Positions 27,998-39,370 of a stretch of DNA of 64,000 nucleotides are shown here, in pieces; position 1 is the stretch's first letter, and each line of letters opens with the position of its first letter. A model generated the notes under the pieces. The model was not told the DNA's origin. It saw only the letters and a list, made by a program, of their open reading frames with translations, and searched no databases. Origin of the DNA: Acidimicrobiia bacterium (GTDB lineage: Bacteria > Actinomycetota > Acidimicrobiia > Spongiisociales > UBA5794); assembly GCA_051011415.1 (NCBI GenBank), contig JBPCTY010000147.1, positions 8,405-72,404 of the forward strand, in the 5' to 3' direction. A program made the position numbers and the translations under genes.

Positions 27998-28909
27998 ATG
28001 ATCACCTTTGATGAGCGCGTCGCGATCGTTACCGGCGCAGGACATGGCCTTGGCAGGTCACACGCACTCGCCTTGGCCGAGCGTGGGGCACGAGTCGTCG
28101 TCAACGACCTTGGAGGGGCTCGCGACGGCACAGGATCTTCGTTGTCGGCCGCAGAGGCGGTAGTAGCCGAGATCGAGGCTGCAGGCGGTGAGGCCATTGC
28201 TGATGGTGCAGACGTTACCGACGAAGCGGCTGTTGGCCGTATGGTGTCCAAGGCCGTCGACCGGTGGGGTCGGATCGACATCCTGGTGAACAATGCTGGC
28301 ATATTGAGGGACAAGTCGTTTGCCAATATGAGCCAGGGAGACTTCGACACCGTCGTCGGCGTACACCTCACCGGCACCGCAATCTGCACCCATTCCGTAT
28401 GGGGCGTGATGCGGGATCAGGGCTTCGGTCGGATCGTCGTAACAACATCGTCATCAGGTCTCTACGGCAACTTTGGCCAGTCGAACTACGGTGCGGCCAA
28501 GCTCGGCGTGGTGGGGCTCATGAACACGCTTCGCCTTGAAGGTGCGAAATACGACATTCGAGTCAATGCACTGGCTCCCGTTGCGCACACCCGGATGACG
28601 GACGAGCTGTTTCCCGAGCAGGCGAAGGCATTGATGCAACCCGAAGAAGTGACGCCTGCCGTGCTGTTTCTTGTGAGCGATGACGCACCCAATGGTGTGA
28701 TCGTGGCAGCCGGGGCAGGCGGGTTCGCAGCCGCCAAGATTTTTGAAACCGAGGGCATATGGCTTCCCCCAGAGGAAAGAACGCCCGAGCGGATCGCTGA
28801 GCGGTTCGACGAGATCCTTTCCGAGGATGGACAGCAGGAATTCTCCTCGGGCTCCGAACAGAGCATGAAGTTTCTTGGCAAGGCAACAGCATCTGGCGAC
28901 GGAGGATGA
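27998..28909 (+). CDS. SDR-family oxidoreductase (MFE-2-type 3-hydroxyacyl-CoA dehydrogenase-like)
   Basis: Start refined to [21 protein letters not shown]. Motifs YGAAKLG and VVNDLGG are typical of the hydroxyacyl-CoA dehydrogenase SDR subgroup. Confidence 0.75.
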   Translation: MITFDERVAIVTGAGHGLGRSHALALAERGARVVVNDLGGARDGTGSSLSAAEAVVAEIEAAGGEAIADGADVTDEAAVGRMVSKAVDRWGRIDILVNNAGILRDKSFANMSQGDFDTVVGVHLTGTAICTHSVWGVMRDQGFGRIVVTTSSSGLYGNFGQSNYGAAKLGVVGLMNTLRLEGAKYDIRVNALAPVAHTRMTDELFPEQAKALMQPEEVTPAVLFLVSDDAPNGVIVAAGAGGFAAAKIFETEGIWLPPEERTPERIAERFDEILSEDGQQEFSSGSEQSMKFLGKATASGDGG

Positions 28910-28919
28910 GGAGCACAAC

Positions 28920-30098
28920 ATGAGAGAAGCAGTCATCGTGTCCGGCGCACGAACACCCATCGGAAAGGCATATCGGGGCGCCTTCAACAATCTCGAAGCA
29001 CCATCGCTTGGTGCCGTCCCGATCGCTGCGGCGGTCGAACGTGCGGGCGTCGGCGGCGACGAAGTCGACGATGTCATCATGGGGTGCGCGATGCCGCAGG
29101 GAACGCAGTTCCCAAACATCGGTCGACTTTCCTCGCTTGCTGCCGGACTCCCGACTTCGGTGAGCGGGATGACAATCGATCGACAGTGTTCTTCAGGGAT
29201 GATGGCGATAGCGACCGCTGCCAAGCAGGTGATGTACGACGGGATGGACGTCGTCGTTGCCGGCGGAGTCGAGTCGATCTCACTCGCGCAGAACGAGCAC
29301 ACCAACACATGGCGGATGGTCGATCCTGCGCTTGTCGAGCATCAACCTGCCGCGTACATGCCGATGCTTCAGACCGCCGAGGTGGTCGCCGAGCGGTTTG
29401 GCATCTCACGAGAAGCCCAGGACGAGTACGGCTACCAGAGCCAAATACGGACGGCTGCTGCTCAGGAGGCGGGTGCGTTCGATGCCGAGATCGTGCCAGT
29501 GACGGCTTCGAAGGCCGTTACAGACCGTGAGACAGGCGAGACGTCGTTCGAGACCGTGACTCTTACCGCAGACGAAGGCAACAGGCCAGGAACCACGCTT
29601 GAAGGTCTTTCGCAGTTACCGGCAGTAACGGGTGGGTCGATCTCTGCTGGCAACGCCAGTCAACTGTCAGACGGCGCAGCTGCCACGGTCGTGATGGCTT
29701 CAGATGAGGCAGAGGCACGCGGCGTCGAACCGCTCGGCTACTACCGAGGCATGGCCGTTGCGGGCGTGGACCCAGACGTCATGGGCATCGGTCCGGTGTT
29801 TGCTGTGCCGAAGCTGCTCGCTCACGCCGGTCTCGACATGGATGACATCGGTCTGTGGGAACTGAATGAGGCGTTCGCCGTGCAGGTGATCTACAGCCGC
29901 GACACGCTTGGCATACCCAATGAGATCCTCAACGTGAACGGTGGATCGATCTCGATCGGACACCCCTACGGCATGACAGGAGCACGCATGGTGCTGCATT
30001 CCCTTATCGAGGGGAAGCGGCGTGGAGCGAGGTATGTCATCAACACGATGTGTGTCGGCGGCGGGATGGGTGCGGCCGGTTTGTTCGAGGTCGCGTGA
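28920..30098 (+). CDS. Acetyl-CoA C-acyltransferase (thiolase)
   Basis: Start refined to [16 protein letters not shown]. Active-site motifs [22 protein letters not shown] and CVGGGMG. Confidence 0.9.
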   Translation: MREAVIVSGARTPIGKAYRGAFNNLEAPSLGAVPIAAAVERAGVGGDEVDDVIMGCAMPQGTQFPNIGRLSSLAAGLPTSVSGMTIDRQCSSGMMAIATAAKQVMYDGMDVVVAGGVESISLAQNEHTNTWRMVDPALVEHQPAAYMPMLQTAEVVAERFGISREAQDEYGYQSQIRTAAAQEAGAFDAEIVPVTASKAVTDRETGETSFETVTLTADEGNRPGTTLEGLSQLPAVTGGSISAGNASQLSDGAAATVVMASDEAEARGVEPLGYYRGMAVAGVDPDVMGIGPVFAVPKLLAHAGLDMDDIGLWELNEAFAVQVIYSRDTLGIPNEILNVNGGSISIGHPYGMTGARMVLHSLIEGKRRGARYVINTMCVGGGMGAAGLFEVA

Positions 30099-31075
30099 TG
30101 AAAGCTCTGGTATGCAGTGCAATCGGGGATTTCGATGCAATCGCTCCGGGTGATCTGCCATCCCCCTCGGCGGGAACAGGCCAACTCGTCCTCGACGTGC
30201 ACGCCGGCGCAGTCAATTTCGCTGACCTGCTCGTGCTCCAAGACCTCTATCAGTTCAAGTCCACTCCGCCATTCGCGCCCGGGATGGAAGGCGTGGGAAC
30301 CGTGGCCTCGATCGGTGAGGGTGTGGAAGGCTTTGAAGTCGGGGATCGGGTTGCTGCAGTTGGATACTCCGGTGCATTCGCTGAGCAGTGGGCAATCGAG
30401 GCCACAAACGCCGTTCCGATTCCAGCCGATGTGAGTTTCATCGAAGCGGCAACGATGACGATTGCCTACGGAACCTCGTACCACGCACTCAAACAGCGAG
30501 CGAATCTTCAGCCGGGCGAGTCTGTGCTTGTGCTCGGGGCAGCAGGCGGCGTGGGTGTCGCTGCGATCCAGATCGCAAAGGCCATGGGAGCCACGGTGAT
30601 CGCCGCAGCATCCAGCGATGAAAAGACTGAACTCTGCAGCCGAGTCGGGGCAGACCATGTGATCAACTACACGACGGATGATCTACGGTCCGCCATCAAG
30701 ACCACCACCGACAACCGCGGCGTCGATGTCGTCTACGACCCGGTTGGTGGGTCCCTCTCGGAGGCCGCCTTTCGATCGCTGAGATGGCGCGGGCGTCACC
30801 TGGTGATCGGATTTGCCGCTGGAGACATTCCGTCGCTGCCGATGAATCTTCCGCTGCTCAAGGGCGCAAGCCTTGTGGGTGTGTTCTGGGGGGCATTCAC
30901 TGCACAGGAACCGGAGGTCAACCGACAGAATGCTGCTGAGCTATTCGAGCTGTTGGCCGACGGTTGGATTGCCCCTGTCGTTGACGAAACGCATTCACTT
31001 GAGAATGCGAGAGAGGCACTGCGGACGGTCGCCGACCGAAGGGCGCTCGGCCGTGTCGTCGTGACTGTTCGTTAG
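30098..31075 (+). CDS. NADPH:quinone oxidoreductase / zinc-type alcohol dehydrogenase superfamily (MDR)
   Basis: Start refined to MKALV (TGATG overlap with the thiolase stop). MDR pattern with the VLGAAGGVGVAAIQ cofactor motif. Confidence 0.8.
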   Translation: MKALVCSAIGDFDAIAPGDLPSPSAGTGQLVLDVHAGAVNFADLLVLQDLYQFKSTPPFAPGMEGVGTVASIGEGVEGFEVGDRVAAVGYSGAFAEQWAIEATNAVPIPADVSFIEAATMTIAYGTSYHALKQRANLQPGESVLVLGAAGGVGVAAIQIAKAMGATVIAAASSDEKTELCSRVGADHVINYTTDDLRSAIKTTTDNRGVDVVYDPVGGSLSEAAFRSLRWRGRHLVIGFAAGDIPSLPMNLPLLKGASLVGVFWGAFTAQEPEVNRQNAAELFELLADGWIAPVVDETHSLENAREALRTVADRRALGRVVVTVR

Positions 31076-31078
31076 CGG

Positions 31079-31864
31079 TCAGGTTCCCGGCACCATCTTT
31101 GATTGCAGGCCCTGCATCCCGCCGATCCATCGGTCGTAGTCCGTTGCCTTGTGGCGGAAGTAGTCGCCGACTTCTGGATGCGGGAGCACAAGGAATCGTT
31201 CCTCGTGCATAGCCTCAACCACCGCATCCGCGACGTCGTCAGGCCGAATCGCGAGGTCCGTTACCCAATCGCGCATCGTGTCCGAGCTGGCCCCGAAGAC
31301 GTCGAGCATTGGCGTGTCAACAAACTGCGGACACAAGCACGAGACGGCCAATCCTCTCCGCCCGTATGTCACGGCCAGCCATTCTGAGAATGCGACAGCG
31401 GCATGCTTCGTCACGGCGTACGGTGCGGCGCCGATGTTGGTGAGGAGTCCTGCCGCTGAAGCGGTTGTAATGATGTATCCGCCGCCACGGGCGATCATCC
31501 CAGGGACGAGCTCTCGCGCTGCAAATACGTGTGCCATCACGTTGACGTCCCAGGCGGTTGTCCACTCCGAATCGGGAGCATCGAAAGAACCATCGATGGC
31601 GACTCCTGCGTTGAGGCAGGCGACGTCGATCGGTGCGATCGTTGCCTCAATTCTCTTGAACACCTCGTGTGTCGCGTCGGGGTCAGCAACGTCAAGCACT
31701 GCCGATGTCCCGCCGATGTCGGCTGCAACGGCTTGTGCCCGATCAGCGTCTCTGTCGATGACGACGATGTGTGACGCCCCATCTTCGGCGAATCGTCGAG
31801 CGATCGCTTCACCGATTCCGCTTGCCCCGCCCGTAACTACTGCTGTCTTTCCGTTGATGAGCAT
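31079..31864 (-). CDS. SDR-family oxidoreductase
   Basis: Motifs TGGASGIGEA and YAVTKHA. Confidence 0.8.
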   Translation of the reverse strand: MLINGKTAVVTGGASGIGEAIARRFAEDGASHIVVIDRDADRAQAVAADIGGTSAVLDVADPDATHEVFKRIEATIAPIDVACLNAGVAIDGSFDAPDSEWTTAWDVNVMAHVFAARELVPGMIARGGGYIITTASAAGLLTNIGAAPYAVTKHAAVAFSEWLAVTYGRRGLAVSCLCPQFVDTPMLDVFGASSDTMRDWVTDLAIRPDDVADAVVEAMHEERFLVLPHPEVGDYFRHKATDYDRWIGGMQGLQSKMVPGT

Positions 31865-31942
31865 CCGCCCTCCTTGCCAGTCATGTTGCCATCACTCTGA
31901 GATGTAAACTGCCGTTCACTTTTCGAGACCGACCGGAGCAGC

Positions 31943-32401
31943 ATGCAAACCGTGCCCCGAGATGAGATGCACGAATGGACAGGAAAGCAGACGGGTATCT
32001 CCGACTGGTTCACGATTGACCAGGAACGTATCGATGCGTTTGCGGATGTCACCGAGGATCATCAGTGGATCCATGTGGACCAATCGGCGGCTGCAGATGG
32101 CCCTTTTGGGACGACGGTCGCTCACGGATTCCTGACGCTATCGCTTCTCAGCAACCTCGCATCCGATGCGATGGTCGTGCCAGCGGGTGCCGTCATGTAT
32201 CTGAACTACGGATCGGACAAAGTCCGGTTCCTCAGCCCGGTCCCATCCGGTGCGCGAATACGAGCCGTTGGCGTGCTCAAAGCTGTGACCGAGAAGTCGC
32301 CAGAGCGCACGCTTGTCACCACCACGGTCACGGTTGAGATTGAAGGCCACGAGACCCCGGCCCTTGTTGCAGACCTGCTCACGTTGGCAATCGTTGAGTA
32401 A
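31943..32401 (+). CDS. MaoC-family (R)-specific enoyl-CoA hydratase / dehydratase
   Basis: 152-aa single hot-dog fold with the DxxxxH-type hydratase motif (VTEDHQWIHVD). Confidence 0.8.
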   Translation: MQTVPRDEMHEWTGKQTGISDWFTIDQERIDAFADVTEDHQWIHVDQSAAADGPFGTTVAHGFLTLSLLSNLASDAMVVPAGAVMYLNYGSDKVRFLSPVPSGARIRAVGVLKAVTEKSPERTLVTTTVTVEIEGHETPALVADLLTLAIVE

Positions 32402-32443
32402 CCGAATCCGAACCGACCAAGTACAACTGACGAAAGGAATGTC

Positions 32444-33649
32444 GTGACAACCCAGCACCCTGACACCGTTCGCGTGGCGACGGCAATTGATCGGCTGCTT
32501 GCAGAACACCCGCCCGATTCGACCGATGCCAAGGAGTTCTGGGGAGCACAGTTTGATGCGGGATTGGCGTTCGTCGACTTTGCAGAGGGAAACGGCGGAC
32601 TCGGAGTCTCTCCGCGGTATCGCGAAACCGTTGCGCGGCGGCTAGGAGAGGCCGGCGCACCCATGTGGAACCGCACAGCCAACATCATCGGAATCGGCAT
32701 GGGCTCCGGAGTGCTTGCTGCCCACGGAACCGAAGAGCAGAAGGCGCGATGGCTTCGCCCAATGTTCACGATGGAGGAGATTTGGTGCCAGTTGTTCTCC
32801 GAACCCGGTGCAGGATCCGACGTCGCAGGGCTCTCTACGAGAGCCGTCCGTGATGGCGACGAATGGATCATCAATGGCCAGAAGGTGTGGACCACGCTTG
32901 CACATCTCTCGAAGTGGGGAATGCTCGTCACCCGCACAGACCCTGACCAGCCCAAGCATCGGGGTCTGACCTACTTCATTGTTGACATGGAAGCCGAGGG
33001 AGTCGATATCCGGCCGTTGTATCAGATCACGGGTGAGGCCGAATTCAACGAAGTCTTCTTTGACGACGCACGGATCCCCGATGGCCTCCGGATCGATGAT
33101 GTCGGAGCTGGCTGGCGGGTGGCCATGACGACGCTGATGAACGAGCGGGTCGCAATCGGTGGAAGCACGGTTCCGCGGAATCATGGAGCCATTGGCGTAG
33201 CTATGAAGACATGGAACGATCAAGGATCTGGCGATCCAGGAACACGACGCGAACTCGTACGGCTCTGGGGTGAGGTTGAGGCGATGAGGCTCACTGCTCT
33301 GCGTGCAACCGAGAACATGAAGGCTGGGACACCGGGTCCGGAAGGGTCGACGGGCAAACTTGCCTGGGCGGATCTCAACAAGGAGATCACCGCCTTTTCT
33401 GTCGGTCTCATGGGCATGGATGGTGCGACCCTCCCTGAGGGCTACTCGCTCGAACCGACGACCTACGGCACCAGGGAGGTTGAACGGGAGATGAGTCCAC
33501 AACGAGCGTTTCTCCGTGCACGGGCGAACTCGATTGAAGGGGGCACGTCAGAGATCATGCGGAACATTCTTGGCGAGAGAGTCCTCGGACTGCCGGGCGA
33601 ACCGCGGGTTGACAAGGACCTGCCTTGGAAGGAGGTGCCCCGTGGCTGA
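32444..33649 (+). CDS. Acyl-CoA dehydrogenase
   Basis: 401 aa ACAD. The C-terminal motif IEGGTSEIMRN holds the canonical catalytic Glu position. Confidence 0.85.
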   Translation: MTTQHPDTVRVATAIDRLLAEHPPDSTDAKEFWGAQFDAGLAFVDFAEGNGGLGVSPRYRETVARRLGEAGAPMWNRTANIIGIGMGSGVLAAHGTEEQKARWLRPMFTMEEIWCQLFSEPGAGSDVAGLSTRAVRDGDEWIINGQKVWTTLAHLSKWGMLVTRTDPDQPKHRGLTYFIVDMEAEGVDIRPLYQITGEAEFNEVFFDDARIPDGLRIDDVGAGWRVAMTTLMNERVAIGGSTVPRNHGAIGVAMKTWNDQGSGDPGTRRELVRLWGEVEAMRLTALRATENMKAGTPGPEGSTGKLAWADLNKEITAFSVGLMGMDGATLPEGYSLEPTTYGTREVEREMSPQRAFLRARANSIEGGTSEIMRNILGERVLGLPGEPRVDKDLPWKEVPRG

Positions 33650-34757
33650 ACCGCTCACCTTCTTGCGCTCGGATGAGCAACAAATGCTCGGCACGGCATT
33701 GCGTGACATGCTCGAGGCGACTGTCGACATGGACCGCACAAGAGAACTGTCGCTCACTGGCGATGCGTTCGACAGGCCCGTGTGGGCAGGTCTGAGGGAC
33801 ATGGGTCTCGTAGGTCTGACGGTCGACGATTCGTTCGGTGGAGCGGGATCGTCAATCTCCGATCTTGCCGTCGCTTTTGAGGAGCTCGGCAGAGTTGTCG
33901 CTGCAGTGCCGTTGCTATCGACCGTGATGGCCATGACCCTCATTGAGCAGCTCGGTTCGGAAGCGCAGAAGTCTGCGTTGCTTCCCGCGCTTGTGAGTGG
34001 CGAACGCATCGGCACCGTAGGGATCTACGAGGCTGCCCACGGCTCTTCCGGGGCCGGGATGCAGACCGTTGCCGAGCAGACTCCGACGGGATGGCGCCTC
34101 GTCGGACAGAAGCGGTGGGTGACCGATCTTCCCAATGCCGATGTCGTGCTTGTTGTCGCATCGGTCGACGATGGGTTGGGTGTGTTCGTCGTCGACACCG
34201 ATGATGATGGATGCGATCGCACCCTGCTGTCGGCACTCGACCCAACTCGACCGCTGGGCGTGTGCACGCTCGCAGTCGATCTTGAAGAGGATGCGCGGCT
34301 CGGTGACGAGGCGGACGAGGCGGTGGCATCGGTCGTCGATCTTGCGGTGACTCTGATGGCTGCCGAGCAGGTGGGTGGTGCGCAACGGTGTCTCGAGTCA
34401 GCTGTCGATTACGCATCTACCCGATTCCAGTTCGGTCGAGCGATTGGATCGTTTCAAGCGGTCAAGCACAAGTGTGCAGACATGCTGGTTGCGGTCGAAC
34501 ATGCTCGGTCGGTGGCATCGCACGCATCGGCGACCTTTGCGACAGATGAGTCCAACGTGGCGGTCCCGCTCGCAAAGAGTGTGTGCACGGACGCCTATCT
34601 CCTCGCAGCGTCGGAGAACATTCAGATTCATGGTGGTATCGGATTCACCTGGGAACACGACGCTCACCTGTACTTCAAGAGGGCGAAGGCCGATGCGTTG
34701 CTGTTTGGCGGTGTCGATCACTACAGAGATCGCCTTGGAGCTGCGATCGGTGTCTGA
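33642..34757 (+). CDS. Acyl-CoA dehydrogenase family protein (possible partner subunit)
   Basis: Start refined to the GTG at 33642, giving an 8-nt overlap with the upstream ACAD. The C-terminal motif is IHGGIGFTWEHD rather than YEGTSEI. Confidence 0.8.
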   Translation: MAEPLTFLRSDEQQMLGTALRDMLEATVDMDRTRELSLTGDAFDRPVWAGLRDMGLVGLTVDDSFGGAGSSISDLAVAFEELGRVVAAVPLLSTVMAMTLIEQLGSEAQKSALLPALVSGERIGTVGIYEAAHGSSGAGMQTVAEQTPTGWRLVGQKRWVTDLPNADVVLVVASVDDGLGVFVVDTDDDGCDRTLLSALDPTRPLGVCTLAVDLEEDARLGDEADEAVASVVDLAVTLMAAEQVGGAQRCLESAVDYASTRFQFGRAIGSFQAVKHKCADMLVAVEHARSVASHASATFATDESNVAVPLAKSVCTDAYLLAASENIQIHGGIGFTWEHDAHLYFKRAKADALLFGGVDHYRDRLGAAIGV

Positions 34758-35352
34758 CCAAGCGCTCTCTGAACAACGATCGACCACAGAAAAGGGCTTG
34801 GCCCGCCGCGAGGCAATACTCGAGGCAGCGACAACCTTGTTCTATCAGCACGGATATCACGCCACCGGGATCGATGACATCGGTAGGCGGGCCGGAATCA
34901 CGGGACCCGGCATCTATCGTCACTTTGACGGCAAGGATGCGATTTTGGTCACGATCTTCGACCGTTTGTGGCGTCGCCTGGAATCAACGATCGCCGAATC
35001 CCAAGCGCTGGAACCGCGGGCGGGGCTCGATCTCCTCATCTCGAACCACGTCAACCTGGTTGTTGATCGTCGTGCCGAGGTGGTTCTGCTTCTGAATGAC
35101 CTGCGGAGTCTTCCAGCTGACTATCTGGCCCTCGCTCAAGAAAACGACGCTGTTTACCAACGCGCATGGGCAGGTCACATCGGAGCGATCCATACCGCTT
35201 TGACATCGGATGAAGCATCCGTCGGGGCCCGCTCCGCCATCTGGCTCATCACCGCATATGACCAGGGGGCTGGACCGCAGGATCTTGACCCGGTTCGTGC
35301 AAAGGGCCTGCTCACCACGATGGCGAACGCTGCGGTTGACAGTCTGGCGTGA
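34750..35352 (+). CDS. TetR-family transcriptional regulator
   Basis: Start refined to the GTG at 34750, an 8-nt overlap with the ACAD. HTH region ATGIDDIGRRAGITGPGIYRHFDGK. Confidence 0.85.
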   Translation: MSDQALSEQRSTTEKGLARREAILEAATTLFYQHGYHATGIDDIGRRAGITGPGIYRHFDGKDAILVTIFDRLWRRLESTIAESQALEPRAGLDLLISNHVNLVVDRRAEVVLLLNDLRSLPADYLALAQENDAVYQRAWAGHIGAIHTALTSDEASVGARSAIWLITAYDQGAGPQDLDPVRAKGLLTTMANAAVDSLA

Positions 35353-35383
35353 CTGGGTGAAACAAGACCCCTAGGGTCGAATC

Positions 35384-36373
35384 ATGCAGTTTGGAACATT
35401 TATCCCGCAGGGCTGGCGCATTGACCTCGCCGGCATACCCGTTTCTTCCCAGTGGCAGACCATGGTCGATGCCGCGCAGCGAGCAGAGAGCGCTGGCTAC
35501 GACTCCATCTGGGTGTACGACCACTTCCATACGGTCCCAGAGCCCACCCAGGAGCCGACCTTTGAGGCCTGGACGCTCATGGCGTCGCTCGCCACGGTGA
35601 CCAATAGGGTGCGACTCGGCCAGATGTGCACATGCAATGGCTATCGACCCCCTTCGTATCTCGCAAAGGTGGCAGCGTCCATCGATGTGATCTCAGGCGG
35701 AAGAGTCGAAATGGGCATTGGGGGAGGCTGGTACGAGCACGAGTACAACGCATACGGCTATCCGTTTCCCAAGCCGTCGGTGCGTCTCGGTGAGCTCGAT
35801 GAGGCCGTGCAGATCATGAAACTGATGTGGGAAGAGGACGAGGCGTCGTTCGAGGGGAAGCACTACAGCCTCGATGGAGCAATCTGCCAGCCAAAGCCAC
35901 CACAGGGATCGATTCCGATGTGGATTGCTGGTGGGGGAGAGCAGCTGACGCTCAGAACCGCAGCCAAGTACGCCGACTACACGAATTTCGGTGGAACACT
36001 CGATTCGTTCATCCACAAGTCGGAAGTGCTTGCGCAGCACTGTGAGACGGTTGGAACTGATTTCTCAGGTATCACCAGATCCGTGAACTTCAACATGATC
36101 CTTGGATCATCTCAAGCCGACATTGATGCGCAGAAGGCGGTCCTCCTCGACCGATTCGCATCGGTCCCAGGCATCGACCCGCAGGACACCCTCAACCGTT
36201 GGTACGGGGGATCTGAGGCCGCTGTTGGCACACCCGACAAGATCGTCGAGCAGCTCGCGGCGTACCAATCCGCAGGAATGGGCTATGCGATCATCTACTT
36301 CCCAGACGCTGCCTACACAGGTGATTCCGTCGAACGGTTTGCCGCAGAGGTCATGCCTGCGCTGGCTGGCTGA
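35384..36373 (+). CDS. LLM-class (luciferase-like) F420-dependent oxidoreductase
   Basis: 329 aa. The N-terminus MQFGTFIPQGW... and the segment GRVEMGIGGGWYEHEY are typical of the Rv1855c-type F420-dependent LLM subgroup. Confidence 0.75.
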   Translation: MQFGTFIPQGWRIDLAGIPVSSQWQTMVDAAQRAESAGYDSIWVYDHFHTVPEPTQEPTFEAWTLMASLATVTNRVRLGQMCTCNGYRPPSYLAKVAASIDVISGGRVEMGIGGGWYEHEYNAYGYPFPKPSVRLGELDEAVQIMKLMWEEDEASFEGKHYSLDGAICQPKPPQGSIPMWIAGGGEQLTLRTAAKYADYTNFGGTLDSFIHKSEVLAQHCETVGTDFSGITRSVNFNMILGSSQADIDAQKAVLLDRFASVPGIDPQDTLNRWYGGSEAAVGTPDKIVEQLAAYQSAGMGYAIIYFPDAAYTGDSVERFAAEVMPALAG

Positions 36374-37675
36374 TCAGCCCTGCCCGTCGTAGAACTGCTC
36401 CTCTTCGGTCGAGCCCTCCAAGGCGAGGGTTGATGATGCTCCGGCGGACACCGCTTGGCTCACGAGATCGAAGTAGCCGGCTCCCACCTCTCGCTGGTGG
36501 CGGGTCGCGGTGTAGCCTTCAGACTCCATCGCGAACTCGTGCTCCTGGAGCTCGACATATGCCTCCATGCCTCGTTCGGAGTAGCCCTTCGAGAGGTCGA
36601 ACATCGTGGCATTGAGTGCGTGGAACCCAGCGAGCGTGATGAACTGGAACCGGTACCCCATTGCACCGAGTTCCTTCTGGAACGTAGCGATCGTCGCATC
36701 GTCGAGATGGCGCTTCCAATTGAACGACGGCGAGCAGTTGTACGCAAGCATCTTGTCCGGAAATTCGGTATGGATCGCCTCTGCGAACTGCGCTGCTTCG
36801 GCGAGGTCCGGGGTGGACGTTTCGCACCAAATCAGATCCGCATACGGTGCGTACGCAAGGCCGCGAGCTATCGCCGCTTCCATCGAGTTGTCGACGACGT
36901 AGAACCCTTCTGCAGTTCGTTCTCCGGTGGTGAATGCGCGGTCGCGTTCATCCACATCCGTGGTCAACAAGGATGCGCCGAGGGAGTCCGTGCGGGCGAC
37001 AATCAGTGTCGGCACGCCCATCACATCGGCTGCGAGTCGTGCGGATCGGAGTGTGCGCACATGCTGGCTTGTCGGCACCAGCACCTTGCCTCCCATGTGG
37101 CCACACTTCTTCTCGGATGACAGTTGATCCTCGAGGTGGACTGCAGCTGCGCCCGCAGAGATGAACGACTTTGTGAGTTCGAAGACATTGAGCGGCCCGC
37201 CAAAGCCAGACTCCGCATCAGCCACGATCGGAACAAACCAGTCGGGACCGTCGGTGCCTTCAGACCACTCGATCTCATCGGCGCGCCGTAGTGCGTTATT
37301 GATGCGTCTCACGAGGGATGGAGCAGAGTTGGCCGGATACAGTGACTGATCCGGATAGACGGATTCGGCATGATTGCCGTCTGCGGCAACCTGCCACCCT
37401 GACAGGTAGATCGCCTGCAGACCAGCCTTGACCATCTGGACGGCCTGACCACCCGAAAGCGCACCGAGAGCGTTGACGTAGTCCTCCCTTGCCAGGAGCG
37501 ACCACAGCTTGTCGGCCATTGCTGAGGCAAGCGTGTGTTGCTCGACGAGGGAGCCCTGGAGCTTGACAACCTCCTCGGCCGTGTGGTCCCGCACAACGCC
37601 CTTCCACCGAGGGTTGGTATCCCAGTCGTTCTGCAACGCTTGAACTCTGCTGTCGAGGTTGGTGTGCGTCGTCAT
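36374..37675 (-). CDS. aceA: Isocitrate lyase
   Basis: 433 aa with the KKCGHMGGK active-site signature. Confidence 0.95.
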   Translation of the reverse strand: MTTHTNLDSRVQALQNDWDTNPRWKGVVRDHTAEEVVKLQGSLVEQHTLASAMADKLWSLLAREDYVNALGALSGGQAVQMVKAGLQAIYLSGWQVAADGNHAESVYPDQSLYPANSAPSLVRRINNALRRADEIEWSEGTDGPDWFVPIVADAESGFGGPLNVFELTKSFISAGAAAVHLEDQLSSEKKCGHMGGKVLVPTSQHVRTLRSARLAADVMGVPTLIVARTDSLGASLLTTDVDERDRAFTTGERTAEGFYVVDNSMEAAIARGLAYAPYADLIWCETSTPDLAEAAQFAEAIHTEFPDKMLAYNCSPSFNWKRHLDDATIATFQKELGAMGYRFQFITLAGFHALNATMFDLSKGYSERGMEAYVELQEHEFAMESEGYTATRHQREVGAGYFDLVSQAVSAGASSTLALEGSTEEEQFYDGQG

Positions 37676-39282
37676 TCGTTTGTCTCCGATCGGTAACTGT
37701 GTTCGAGTACTGCGTACGCCGGGAGCGTGAGGAACTCTGGAAAGTCGTTGGCGAGAGCAACTTGTTCGAAGATGTCTCGCGCTTCATCGAACCTGCCTAT
37801 CTCGTAGGCCTCGTGGCCGACGGACGTCCGTAGGTGATCTGTCTCCTCGTCAGCGATTTTCCGGACAAGGGCGGGAGTGACCTGCAATCCCTCGACAGTC
37901 GACGATCCGGAGCGGACCCATTGCCAGATCTGGGACCGTGATATCTCGGCGGTGGCCGCGTCCTCCATGAGGTTGTACAGCGCGGCAGCTCCTCTGCCGC
38001 TGAGCCATGATGCGATGTACTGGATGGCGACGTCGATGTTCTGCCTGAGGCCCTCTTCAGTGATCGTCCCTTCTGCAATGCTGAATCGAGTGAGATCGGC
38101 TGCGGTAACCGAGACATCGTCCCTTTGTCGCTCGATCTGGTTCGGTGCGGACCCGAGCACATCGTCGAAGATCTCCGTTGCGAGAGGGACAAGATCTGGA
38201 TGTGCGACCCATGTGCCATCGCAGCCGTCCGCCGCTTCGCGAGATTTGTCCTGACGAACCCTTTCGAAGGCGACTGCGTTGATGGACTCGTCGGTTCGTG
38301 AAGGAATAAAGGCAGCCATTCCTCCCATGGCGTGTGCGCCTCGCCGATGGCAGGTCTTGACGAGCAGTTCGGTGTACGCCCGCATGAACGGCACCGTCAT
38401 TCCAATCTGACTTCGGTCAGGGAGCACAAATCCATCTCGATTCCTGTACTTCTTGATCACCGAGAAGATGTAGTCCCATCGACCCGCATTCAGACCGGCC
38501 GAATGGTCCCGCAACTCGTACAAGATCTCGTCCATTTCGAATGCTGCTGGGATGGTTTCGATGAGGACGGTGGCCTTGATCGACCCGGTGGGAAGCCCAA
38601 GATGATCCTGCGACACGATGAAGACATCGTTCCAAAGCCTTGCTTCCAGATGGCTCTCCAGCTTGGGCAGGTAGAAGTACGGGCCCGAGCCACGTTCGAG
38701 CAGTTCTGTCGCGTTCGTGTAGAAGTACACGCCGAAATCGAAGAGGGATGCAGACACCGGCTCACCATCGACAAGCATGTGTGCCTCATCCAGATGCCAA
38801 CCACGCGGACGAACCATGAGAGTCGCAGGTACTTCATCGAGCTCGTAGCGCTTGCCGGTATCGGCCGTGAAGTCGATCGAACGTCTGACTGCGTCAGAGA
38901 GGTTCTGCTGCCCGTTGGTCATGTTGTTCCACGTCGGTGAGTTCGAATCCTCGAAGTCCGCCATGAAGACTCGAGCTCCCGAGTTCAGGGCGTTGATGAC
39001 CATCTTCCGGTCGGTCGGTCCCGTGATTTCACATCGACGGTCCGAGAGATCAGCGGGAGCCGGCTTCACGGTCCAGTGCCCATACCGCACTTCAGCAGTT
39101 GCGCTGAGGAATCGGTATTCGTTGCCATCATCGATCGTTCTTTGGCGGTCGAGCCGTTGCCCCAACAATCCGCGGCGACGCCCATCGAACCGTCGGTGGA
39201 GCATTGCAACGAACGCAAGCGCATCCGGACTCACCGCGGTCCCCGCGGAAGATGGAACCGGTTCCGTGAGTACGTAGTCCAT
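37672..39282 (-). CDS. aceB: Malate synthase A
   Basis: 536 aa, the size of an A-type malate synthase. The DFEDS motif is present, and the stop overlaps the aceA start. Confidence 0.9.
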   Translation of the reverse strand: MDYVLTEPVPSSAGTAVSPDALAFVAMLHRRFDGRRRGLLGQRLDRQRTIDDGNEYRFLSATAEVRYGHWTVKPAPADLSDRRCEITGPTDRKMVINALNSGARVFMADFEDSNSPTWNNMTNGQQNLSDAVRRSIDFTADTGKRYELDEVPATLMVRPRGWHLDEAHMLVDGEPVSASLFDFGVYFYTNATELLERGSGPYFYLPKLESHLEARLWNDVFIVSQDHLGLPTGSIKATVLIETIPAAFEMDEILYELRDHSAGLNAGRWDYIFSVIKKYRNRDGFVLPDRSQIGMTVPFMRAYTELLVKTCHRRGAHAMGGMAAFIPSRTDESINAVAFERVRQDKSREAADGCDGTWVAHPDLVPLATEIFDDVLGSAPNQIERQRDDVSVTAADLTRFSIAEGTITEEGLRQNIDVAIQYIASWLSGRGAAALYNLMEDAATAEISRSQIWQWVRSGSSTVEGLQVTPALVRKIADEETDHLRTSVGHEAYEIGRFDEARDIFEQVALANDFPEFLTLPAYAVLEHSYRSETNE

Positions 39283-39330
39283 CTGAGCCTCCTGGCGGCG
39301 TGGTTGGGGTGCGAGTGCCTGTGTGATGAC

Positions 39331-39370
39331 ACAAAAGAAGAAACTTCTCCAAAATGCAACTTCGAGAAGA
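39331..39370. promoter_or_regulatory. A/T-rich inverted repeats in the aceB-ramB divergent promoter region (candidate operator)
   Basis: AGAAG-AAA-CTTCT (39336-39348) and the palindrome CTTCGAGAAG (39360-39369). AAACTT and TGCAA elements loosely resemble the RamB box but do not match it exactly. Confidence 0.3.

Noticed and set aside
39331-39370. An exact RamB operator
   Set aside because: The AAACTT and TGCAA elements do not reproduce the 13-bp corynebacterial box with correct spacing. It is reported only as a low-confidence candidate operator.
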